Positions 51,741 to 61,160 of a stretch of 64,000 bases of DNA are shown piece by piece. The notes under the pieces are model-generated. The model was not told the DNA's origin. It ran no database searches and saw nothing but the letters and a program-made list of their open reading frames with translations. Numbering within the stretch: position 1 is the first letter of the stretch; every line of letters begins with the position of its first letter. Made by a program: the position numbers and the translations under genes. This DNA is from a virus: the IMG/VR virus record IMGVR_UViG_3300027801_000019, positions 3,617-67,616 of that record; one strand, given 5' to 3'.

Positions 51741-54640
51741 GCAAAGTAGGTTTCTGTGGAGTTTGTGACTTCACACAATCATATCACCCAAGCAATATGT
51801 TGTTAATGGCTAACCGACCTGACATTAATTGGAAAAATAAGCCAGATGTTTATTCTGGTCAAACATGGTTTTGTCAAGGCTGCGGTTCTGGAACTAAATA
51901 TGAAATTGAAGAAGATGACTGGGAGGGTTACTAATGGGTAGAGAGTTAAAATGCACCAATAAAAATTGCGGGGATAGAGGCCATAATTTTAGGGTGGAAA
52001 TTGAGATAACTAAATATCTTGAGGCGGCTACAAATGTTCACTTCACCCATTACCCTATTAATTGTTTCACCTGTGCTTGTTGTGGACTTATACCTATGGA
52101 GGTGACAGCATGAGTCAAAGAGAATCATTCAAAATAAATCAATCTGGTTGGGTTGGTAAATGCACTAAGTGTAATTTGTGGAGGACAGCAGACCATACCA
52201 TAATTAACCGAATAACAGGTTCTCGCTTCTGTATGTTTGATGGAGCACCTATTCATTTAAAATGTGAATCATGTATGACTAAGGACACAAAGTTATGTGA
52301 AGACTGTGGGGGAACAGGAATGGATTACCCACCAACAAATAAGGAGATGAAAGAATGATACCCGACGCAAGCAATATAGCCCAAGCAGCCCAAATAGATG
52401 AACACGCATTTAGAGAAATTGATTTATCAATGCGAACTGACTTGGGGTGGGCAACCTGTGGAAGATACCGAACATATTCTGATGAGCGAGATAGTGATGA
52501 TGGGCAGGCCGTAGGTGGCTTCTGGATTTGCCATGCTGTTGAAAGTGAAGAAGATAATGAATGGATTATGAATCTTGCTACCTGCAGAACACCATTTGAA
52601 TTATTTATCGCTATTGAGAAGATAGGGATTGAATCAGAACATTTTAGTAATTCACTAACATATCTTATCTATGGCACAACAGATGCCGATGTGATAGCAT
52701 CCTTAACAAAAAGTGGTGAGGAAGAATGAGTGTAACAGAAATAGAAAATTGGATTGAGAACTTTGATGTAACAAGTCAAACAGTTGCAGACCTTGAACAA
52801 ATATATTACGATTTAGTCATGGAACAAGCAAAACAAATGATTGAGGACTTTGAAGGTCTTGATTGGAAATCTATTGCATACTTAACTGCAAAATTGCGTG
52901 TTGATATGGGTTACACCTGTGCGAGTTTGATAGAAGGGTATGGTGAGGGAAAATGAGAAACTATCCTGATGATTGCCCGTCATGGTCTTTTGGTGAAGAA
53001 GACATGGATGGATGCGAGAAGCTGTCCTGTGGTTGTTACGAAGAAATGTGTGAATGCCCTCAGTGTAAATACTGTGGTGAAAGAATTACTCCCGATGATG
53101 AAGAAGTATGCCCAAATGAATGTGAGGATGAAAAAGAATGAATGAAGAAAGAACAACACAAGAGTTTACTGATGAATTAGAACTGCGGATTTATCAAACA
53201 GTAAGGGAATTACAAGCCATTGTCGTTACACAATACAAGTTAGAGACTTGTCCTAAGTGTAAATCTAAGCACACAATCGGTAATGAATATCCCGAAGACG
53301 ATGACAATATTCTTGTCACCTGTAATGTATGCCAAGCTGCATGGAATACAGTCGGTGAATTACAGGGTGAGTAAATGGCTTACAATTTTAAAGGTAGAGT
53401 ATGGCACATCAAAGGTGTTGATAGTGTTAATTTGCCTTCAGGAAACATACAAGTGGAAACATGGTGTCTCCATAACGAATCCGGTGAATACATAAGTGTC
53501 ATGTTTGACTCGATAAATTATACCCAATGCAAGCACTGTGGGAGAAACTTCCAAATGATTCATCCTGTGATTGCTGAACAAATCATACGAAGCAAAGATG
53601 AAGAGATTCAAAGAATGATGGAGATGCTTACTAATGTCTGATAATATGCCAAGGGTGGCTCATGATGCCATAACTATTTTATTTAAACTTGGTCAGGTGG
53701 ATTTGGCTAACACTCTATCGCTACGATATGAGGCTATTATGGGTCATGGAGACCGTCAATAGGTATGTTTATATACTGCAATGAATAGGTGATAATATGG
53801 GCGGAATAGAACGGATAGAAGGATTTAAATGCACATCTTGCGATACGGTATCAGGTGATATAGACGATGCAATCGCTTGTTGTGGTGTTGAAGTAACAGT
53901 GTCCTTCACAATGACAGTAAGTGGAACAGTCACTATTGATTGTAGGGATTTAAGCTCCTTTGAAGAAGCAACAAACATAAGCGGTGATGACCTACTTAGT
54001 GGACAACCTGAAATTGATTGTGATATACAAGGCGATAGTGATGTGAACATAGACGATTGGGAAGTTGATATTACTCACTTAGATTATGAAGAAGTGGAGG
54101 AATAAATATGTATAATGAAGAATGGATAGAATACTACCAACATTTAGAGGAACTGAGACAAAGCGGAGTAATGAATATGTTTGGCGCAGCTCCCCATTTA
54201 GGAACTGTCTTTGGTTTGAATCCCAGAGAAGCAAGAAAGGTATTAGTATCTTGGATGGAAAACTACGACTTACTTATTACTAATAAGATTATTAAGGTTC
54301 AGTGATATTATGACATTAACTACTAAGATTAACCCATCACAAAAATGTGTTGGTTGTGGAAAACCTCTTGACCCATCGAGAGATACAGTCCACTTTCTTC
54401 CTCGTGGCTATTTATGCACCCCCTGCCTTGATATGTTACTCGGTAAAGGTTATTCAGTATTTTATGGTGGTGCTTAAATGAGAATATCACAAAAGCTTGT
54501 TAAATGGTTTCTAAAGAGAAAGGGTCTTCCTATGTGCAAAATGTGTGATGAGGCGGTTGCTGAGATTGACCCCCTTGTATTGTGCATGGAGTGTTTTAAA
54601 CATCATGAGAATGACTTATATGGATTTGGTGATATGGAGT
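51737..54640 (+). other. Chain of small acidic or Zn-finger-like ORFs
   Basis: 51737-51934, 52110-52358, 52355-52729, 52726-52956, 52953-53141, 53138-53374, 53375-53641, 53797-54105, 54108-54305 (LRQSGVMNMFGAAP phage motif). Confidence 0.7.
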
Positions 54641-55553
54641 GAGTAAGAATATTTGGTGGGAAACCCACAGACCAAAGACATTATCTCAATTCGTTGGGCA
54701 GGATAATCTGCGTAAGGAGTTTGAACCTATACTAAGTGGGGATTCACCCATGCAAAATTACATATTTTCATCTCGAGGTGCGGGAACAGGTAAAACAACA
54801 CTCGCCTATATTATTTCAGAAACATTAGGTTATCAACTGCATAAGTTTAATGCTTCATCCAAAAAGACTCGTGGTATAGAGTTTATTGAAGAATACATCA
54901 TCCCTTTATCCCGTTCCGGTCTTAATGAGGTAATCATATTCCTCGATGAGGCAGACCGAATCACACCACAAGCACAGGATGCACTAAAAGGTGTAATTGA
55001 AGAATCAACCTGCTTTTTCATTCTAACCTGTAATGACATTAACAAAGTTTCCCCTTGGCTTCAATCACGCTGTCAAGTTAGAACCTTTGACCCTATCTCA
55101 ACAGAAGATACAATATCCAGAATGGCTGTTGTTGCCTCATCCGAATCATTTTCAGTTACGCACACAGAATTAAGTATTATTGCTAAAGCCCATGATGGCG
55201 ACCTAAGAAACTCGTTAGGTGCTTTACAGTGTCTTTCGGCATTTGAGTCACCAAAGGATAGAGAATCATTTATTCTAAGATTAACAACGGGTCGCATTGA
55301 CTCAACATCATTCCTCACACTTTGTTTTAAAAACAAGGATATTGATGAGGCATACAAAACACTTACTATTCACCCATCAGACCCAAGAATTATTGTGCGA
55401 ACAATATTTGAGTTTGCTATGGATAATTCATCATCGGTGGATGCTAAGGTCAAAGTCATTTCCGCTTCGGTTCAGGCCGAGAGGGATTTAATATCAGGAG
55501 TGAATGAATACATTGCACTGATGGAGTATGTAAGGAGTTTATGCAGGGTTTGA
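54639..55553 (+). CDS. rfcS: Clamp loader (RFC small subunit-like)
   Basis: WWETHRPKTL..VGQ, GAGTGKTT, FNAS..RGI, FLDEAD, LQSRC, GDLRN. Confidence 0.92.
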   Translation: MSKNIWWETHRPKTLSQFVGQDNLRKEFEPILSGDSPMQNYIFSSRGAGTGKTTLAYIISETLGYQLHKFNASSKKTRGIEFIEEYIIPLSRSGLNEVIIFLDEADRITPQAQDALKGVIEESTCFFILTCNDINKVSPWLQSRCQVRTFDPISTEDTISRMAVVASSESFSVTHTELSIIAKAHDGDLRNSLGALQCLSAFESPKDRESFILRLTTGRIDSTSFLTLCFKNKDIDEAYKTLTIHPSDPRIIVRTIFEFAMDNSSSVDAKVKVISASVQAERDLISGVNEYIALMEYVRSLCRV

Positions 55554-55614
55554 TTGTATGATTACAAACCTTTATAGACCCCAAAGACAACCGAATAGAT
55601 AGGAGGAAAATAGT

Positions 55615-56838
55615 ATGACCGACGAATATGAGAATGTAGCAAAACAAGTAGGAACAAGCCCAGCCGCTATTGAGCGCAGGGTGGTTCTTATCTTAGACCA
55701 GAATGAAGGTGCTTGGACAACGGCAGGCTTCACAACCGAACAAAAAGGCAGTAGAGCAATTAGAATTGCCGCTCGTCAAATGATAACCGAGAAGCGTAAA
55801 ATTGCTTCATCCGGTTGTGTTGAATTGACAGGGTGCTTCGTTACATCACCGCCTTACAAGGATTGGGCAAAAATGGCTTATAAGAAACTAAGTGCAACAT
55901 TGGCTACCCTTGACCCATCGGGAATTGATTCATTAGTTAGCACAGGAACACTTGTTACCTATACACCAAGTGATAGTGGATTTACTCGCAAAGCAAATCC
56001 TTCTTTGATGGCTAAGAAAGCCTTTGAATCTGGCATTGATGAAACTTTCGTTCACACACTCCCTAAGGGAACTGTTGAACATGAATTACTTGGTATTTCA
56101 TATTACATTGTAGCAGACAATAATATGCCTAAATATCCTTCAGGTGATGACAATTACCGATACGGTATGCCTCGACCAGAAAGTGAACCGGAAAGAACTT
56201 GTTTGTTTTTGGGTTCTTTAGATGGTGGCGAAGTAAGAATCCATGAAATTAAGTTTTCTGGTGATGAGGCTATCGCACAGCAACCGACATATGTTCCTGG
56301 AGTTATTGCTGTCAAAGCAGGTAAGGATAATGCAAAAACAGGTAATGCTCGTTCATGGACTCGTAAAGGTGTTTCAATCTTTAACGAAGACCCTGAGGCT
56401 GCATCTGTTCTTCCTTCAGCACCATTTGAATTAAAGGATGGTAAGCCAGCTGGATTTATTGTTGACATTGTTGGTGAGGACAAATTGCTTTCATCATTCA
56501 ATGACATACTTCCTTACTACGATGCTCATAGAGATGACGAGGATTGGTGGACTCAGTGGATTGGTTTAGAAGGTGAAGTGTCACACATTGATACACTTGA
56601 TAATGGGGCATCAACACTTATTGTTGGCGACCTTGAAGACTTTGCTGCACCATCAATTGAAGTAAGGATTCCAGCTGAACAAAGCCATTTACTTGACTTT
56701 TCTGTTGGTTCAACCATACTTGTTCTTGGTGCTGTTTGGAAGACTAACGATGGTGAACCTCGTATGTCAGTCTATGGTTGGTATGTTACTGCAGGTATTG
56801 CACCAGCAGAAACTGATGTTGAAGGATGGGATGCTTGA
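55615..56838 (+). CDS. Putative RPA-like ssDNA-binding protein
   Basis: C-terminal OB-fold-like pattern (GEVSHI..IVGDL..VLGAV), acidic tail ending DVEGWDA, position in replication module. Confidence 0.6.
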   Translation: MTDEYENVAKQVGTSPAAIERRVVLILDQNEGAWTTAGFTTEQKGSRAIRIAARQMITEKRKIASSGCVELTGCFVTSPPYKDWAKMAYKKLSATLATLDPSGIDSLVSTGTLVTYTPSDSGFTRKANPSLMAKKAFESGIDETFVHTLPKGTVEHELLGISYYIVADNNMPKYPSGDDNYRYGMPRPESEPERTCLFLGSLDGGEVRIHEIKFSGDEAIAQQPTYVPGVIAVKAGKDNAKTGNARSWTRKGVSIFNEDPEAASVLPSAPFELKDGKPAGFIVDIVGEDKLLSSFNDILPYYDAHRDDEDWWTQWIGLEGEVSHIDTLDNGASTLIVGDLEDFAAPSIEVRIPAEQSHLLDFSVGSTILVLGAVWKTNDGEPRMSVYGWYVTAGIAPAETDVEGWDA

Positions 56839-57764
56839 TGGCGTGGGGAGCGGCTGCTACCAGCGAAGCACAACAACCTAAATATGGTCGGGAACACATG
56901 AGGGCTATGCTCGAGAGGCAAAAGTCTCGGGTAAATAGAACTCCAATTCGTATGGCTTTGGTGGGCAAGGAGAATACTTGTAAAACTGGTCTTGCATTGG
57001 ATTTAGCCGGTGCTGAATCAGGTAAGACAATTACTATATTTGACTTTGATAATTCTGCTGCTGAAACGGTTGCACATTTATATCCCGATGCTAAGAATAT
57101 CAATATCATATCACTCTATGACGAAGGGGATGAATCTCTATTCAATGAAGACAACACTACTAATTGGGTTGCTTTGATTGATAAGGTCGGATGGTTTGTT
57201 AATTTGATTTCTGAAGACATAAATGCAAATCCTGAAGAACATGGTGCATTCATTTTTGATGGTGGCTCAACCTTTATGAAATGGTGTGAGTTTGCTATGA
57301 CAGGTGTTTTGCTTAGGCGTGGCACTATCAAGGATGAAGGCGATTCGTTCAACCAAAAAGAATGGAGAACTCGCAATCAATTGTTCCGAGATATTATCAA
57401 TAGAGTCCATGCTTTACCATTGGATAAAATCTATTTCACTTTCCATCTCAAAGACAATAAAACATTCGTTGATGTTGGCGGTGGCTCTAAAGGATTAGTT
57501 AAGATTGGTGAAAAGGTTGATTGGGTGGAAGGCACACAGCGTATCGTCTCCCAACAAATCTTCCTTGCTCGTTACCGTAAGAAGGCTAATGAATCTTCTG
57601 GAGTTAAAGGTGATGATAAACTTAAAGAGGATGAATGGGTTGTCCGAGCGACTATTGAAGAAATGAAAGGTCGTGGTATGGAGCTTGTTGGCACTACACA
57701 TGATGTTCTAAGTATCAAAAACAAAAAGGTTGCATGGTCTGGATTGCCAGATTTGAAGTGGTGA
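56838..57764 (+). CDS. RecA/Sak4-like P-loop ATPase
   Basis: ALVGKENTCKT, IFDFD, FIFDG, FTFH. Confidence 0.75.
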   Translation: MAWGAAATSEAQQPKYGREHMRAMLERQKSRVNRTPIRMALVGKENTCKTGLALDLAGAESGKTITIFDFDNSAAETVAHLYPDAKNINIISLYDEGDESLFNEDNTTNWVALIDKVGWFVNLISEDINANPEEHGAFIFDGGSTFMKWCEFAMTGVLLRRGTIKDEGDSFNQKEWRTRNQLFRDIINRVHALPLDKIYFTFHLKDNKTFVDVGGGSKGLVKIGEKVDWVEGTQRIVSQQIFLARYRKKANESSGVKGDDKLKEDEWVVRATIEEMKGRGMELVGTTHDVLSIKNKKVAWSGLPDLKW

Positions 57765-57768
57765 TTAA

Positions 57769-58014
57769 ATGATTTATTGCCACGAGCCTGACGATGACGA
57801 AGATACTGATTTGGATAAATTAATCGGCACTATAAGTAACTCTCAGGAGAATATTGAGAATGAATTAGATGCTATGCTCACACAAGTTGATTTCCTAACC
57901 AGTAAGATTTTAGAATTAACAACAGCATTATTAGAAGTAGCCACTGAGGTTGCTCGAATAGAGAATAAAGCGGTGGGTGTATTATTCACACTACCAACGG
58001 AGGGAGAAAAATGA
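57769..58014 (+). CDS. Acidic coiled-coil protein
   Basis: Heptad pattern. Confidence 0.6.
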   Translation: MIYCHEPDDDEDTDLDKLIGTISNSQENIENELDAMLTQVDFLTSKILELTTALLEVATEVARIENKAVGVLFTLPTEGEK

Positions 58015-58838
58015 AAATAGATACAAGATTATTGACAAGCCTATTAAAAAGAACGCAGCGAATACAGTGTGTTGGAGGAAAACCGCAGGCACAAGTTAGT
58101 GCGTGTGTGTTGGATGGATTAACAGATGGAGTTTGCACTACATCACTTGTTAGGGATGGTAAAACAAGTTTATCACATTTCCTAATTCCGGCGGAAAACA
58201 GTAAGGGAATATCGCTACCAATCCCAGATATTGAAAGGGTTCTCGGAGTGCTTTCATCCCACTCGTCACCGGTCTCAATTAAATATGATGATAATAAACT
58301 CATTTTTAAATCCGGTAAAAAGACTACCCGTTTAACTTCATCGGAGAATGGTCTTGCATTTGCTCATTCATCAGAAACTATTAGTGAGTGGGGTTCAAAA
58401 TCCAAATTACTTGCCAGTCGTTTCGTATTTGAAAGCGAAGAGTTTGTTGGTTATAAAATGGCTGATGATACTATTAGGCATTCAATTTATGATTTGAAGA
58501 TTGATGCAAACGAATTGTTTGAAGCACTTCGTTGTGATAATATGAACGGACAAAAACTCAACCGCTATACATTCGCAATCCAAGATGACAAAGTGCGTAT
58601 TGGTGTTGGTGAAGAAATGAAGGGTTTAACCTATACTGACTTTGTTAATGAAAACCCAGTTGAAGCAGGTAATTCTTTTGAATGGACTTTTGAGGGTGGT
58701 TTGGAAAATGTTCTTGCAGGTATTTCTGGAGATATTACTATATCATTTATTGACTTTAGGAATGAGAAACAAGGAATCCGAATGGTAATTGACCTCGCAG
58801 CAAGAGGCTTTGTATATCAGGCTGGCGTTCTTCAATGA
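58011..58838 (+). CDS. pcna: DNA sliding clamp (PCNA-like)
   Basis: 275 aa two-domain alpha/beta pattern; near RFC and PolB. Confidence 0.7.
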   Translation: MKIDTRLLTSLLKRTQRIQCVGGKPQAQVSACVLDGLTDGVCTTSLVRDGKTSLSHFLIPAENSKGISLPIPDIERVLGVLSSHSSPVSIKYDDNKLIFKSGKKTTRLTSSENGLAFAHSSETISEWGSKSKLLASRFVFESEEFVGYKMADDTIRHSIYDLKIDANELFEALRCDNMNGQKLNRYTFAIQDDKVRIGVGEEMKGLTYTDFVNENPVEAGNSFEWTFEGGLENVLAGISGDITISFIDFRNEKQGIRMVIDLAARGFVYQAGVLQ

Positions 58839-59710
58839 AGGCTTCTGTGTCTTTGAGCCATACCAACCTAACGCCTGTTGAATGGTGTGGGGATTATTGG
58901 GCTAAGCGAGAAGACTATGCTTGTTATAGTGATGCCGAATCACCGAGTGGTTCAAAGGTAAGACAATTTCTTGAAATGGCTCATGAACAACCAGATACAC
59001 CGATGGTTGTTGGTTGTGCTTCATATTCCGCTATGCAGATTTATGTTGCATGGTCTGCAAAACAGGCGGGTGTTCCGGCTCATATATTTGTTCCCCGAAG
59101 AAAAATAAAGACTTCTGCTACAAAATATGCTGAAGAAATGGGTGCTATTATTCATGAGGTTTTTCCTGGATATGCTAATGTATATAGAAAGCGAGCAAGG
59201 GATTTTGCTAAGGAAAATGGTGGTGCTGTTCGTTGGGATTCAAAGAGGGCAATTAGAGATACAGTATTACAATGTATGAATCTTCCTATGGAATGTAAGA
59301 GGGTTGTTGTGGCAACAGGTTCAGGTTTAACTGCCTCAGGCATAATGACAGGCCTTGCTATACTACAAAGAAGTGATGTGGAGGTTATTGCAGTATGTGT
59401 ATCTAATATGGCTGATGAGGATAATATCCACCATAACTGTAACTATATGTTACATGAAATGACCGCCCATTATACTGACCCGATTCTGACCCCCAGAAAA
59501 CCCGTTCTGCGCATGGTAAAGGCTAACGGGGGGTATAGTGACCCAATGTTCAAATTGTTGCCAAATGGCGACGCATTAGACCCTTATTATACAGCCAAAG
59601 CAATGCCATATCTTACCTTTGGTGATGTGTTATGGGTGTCTGGTATGCGACCTATTTCTGCGTGTCCAGATGAATGGATTGAAAGGTTTGTAAGTGGGCA
59701 AAAGAATTAA
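58835..59710 (+). CDS. PLP-dependent enzyme (fold type II, ACC deaminase/D-cysteine desulfhydrase-like)
   Basis: TPVE..WAKRED..GSKVR (PLP Lys), VVATGSGLTASG, LDPYYTAK. Confidence 0.88.
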   Translation: MKASVSLSHTNLTPVEWCGDYWAKREDYACYSDAESPSGSKVRQFLEMAHEQPDTPMVVGCASYSAMQIYVAWSAKQAGVPAHIFVPRRKIKTSATKYAEEMGAIIHEVFPGYANVYRKRARDFAKENGGAVRWDSKRAIRDTVLQCMNLPMECKRVVVATGSGLTASGIMTGLAILQRSDVEVIAVCVSNMADEDNIHHNCNYMLHEMTAHYTDPILTPRKPVLRMVKANGGYSDPMFKLLPNGDALDPYYTAKAMPYLTFGDVLWVSGMRPISACPDEWIERFVSGQKN

Positions 59711-59806
59711 TCAATCGCAGTATCACATTTATATGAATTACTTATATTCTCTTAGGACAAGACCCCCAAAACATATGTTTATATACCTAAAGGACAATTG
59801 GTATTT

Positions 59807-60757
59807 ATGGCAAAGAATCCCGACGGGCTACAACAGAGATTTATGGATAACCCATTCTCAATAATAAACACAGCAACCGATAGATGGCAGAACCGTAAGC
59901 GGGGATGGAAAGCACTTGGTATACAATCCGAAGTGGGTCGTGATGCACGAGCATTCAATATCAAAGAGTGGATGGATGATACGGGAGATGTTCAAGTAGC
60001 AACCCAAAGTGATACATCTATATTTGACCCTGCTCTATGTGAAATACTCTATACATGGTTTGTTCCTAAGCCAAAGGATGCTCAAATACATGGTCGCCCA
60101 CAAGTTCTTGACCCATTCGCTGGAGGTTCAGTGCGTGGTATCGTTGCCTCCCAAATGGGCTTAGATTACTACGGCCATGAGTTGCGTGAAGAACAAGTGC
60201 TTGCTAATCGCCAACAATACGAGGACATTGGTGGTGAAGGGATTTGCACATGGATTCCTGGAGATTCGGCAAAAACACTTATTGAGAATTACAATTCACC
60301 CCAAATGTTTGATTTTATGCTTACTTGTCCTCCCTATGGTGATTTAGAAGTGTATTCGGATGACCCAGCAGATATATCTAATATGCCCTCTAACCGATTT
60401 GATGAAGCGTATGCAGATATTATGCAAAAAGCAATTGCTCATATGAAGCCAAATACTTTTGTCTGTGTGGTCGTTGGTGACTACCGAGATAAATCTGGGT
60501 ATCTATGCAATTTTGTTTCTAAGACTATTGCCGCCTGCGAAGTGTGGGGTTTCCGTCTATTCAATGAGATTGTTTTACAAAATGTTGTCGGCACTTTAGC
60601 CCTTAGAGTTGCCAGACAATTTGAAACCAACCGTAAGATTGGCAAACTACATCAGAATGTTCTTGTCTTTTACAACGGCGACCCTAAAACAATGAAGGCC
60701 GACGGTTGGCATTCTATGAATCTGGTCGAGAATCGCACATTGGCTGAATGGTTGTAA
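59807..60757 (+). CDS. SAM-dependent DNA amino-methyltransferase-like protein
   Basis: VLDPFAGG (motif I), TCPPY (motif IV variant), HQNVLVF; start moved by promoter geometry. Confidence 0.85.
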   Translation: MAKNPDGLQQRFMDNPFSIINTATDRWQNRKRGWKALGIQSEVGRDARAFNIKEWMDDTGDVQVATQSDTSIFDPALCEILYTWFVPKPKDAQIHGRPQVLDPFAGGSVRGIVASQMGLDYYGHELREEQVLANRQQYEDIGGEGICTWIPGDSAKTLIENYNSPQMFDFMLTCPPYGDLEVYSDDPADISNMPSNRFDEAYADIMQKAIAHMKPNTFVCVVVGDYRDKSGYLCNFVSKTIAACEVWGFRLFNEIVLQNVVGTLALRVARQFETNRKIGKLHQNVLVFYNGDPKTMKADGWHSMNLVENRTLAEWL

Positions 60758-60794
60758 GTAAAGGTTTATAAGGGTATGATATATAGGTGAGAAT

Positions 60795-61112
60795 ATGGCT
60801 GGAATAAAGGTGCATGGAGAGAATGGAGAGATACTAACGGAAGTCAAACTACCCACTAAGGTAGTTTTGGGTGAACCATTAGTATTAAATGGAGAATGTG
60901 GTAATGGTGCAACATATAGTGTCAAACTTGAAGCATTAGTGATTCGAGAGGATAAATTATATCGCAATGAAGAATGGTTGCGAGAAGCATATACCAATAA
61001 CGGAAAGACAATGGCCGAACTCGCTACAATGTTTAGCGTTTCCCCTATGACTATCTGCACATGGTTGGATAAGTTTAGTATTGAGACCCGTTCTCGTGGT
61101 CGCCGTTCCTAA
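60795..61112 (+). CDS. HTH DNA-binding protein
   Basis: WLREAY..TMAELATMFSVSPMTICTWL. Confidence 0.8.
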   Translation: MAGIKVHGENGEILTEVKLPTKVVLGEPLVLNGECGNGATYSVKLEALVIREDKLYRNEEWLREAYTNNGKTMAELATMFSVSPMTICTWLDKFSIETRSRGRRS

Positions 61113-61160
61113 GATTGTCAATAACTATGTTTATATACTTTGAATACATAGTATAGATTA

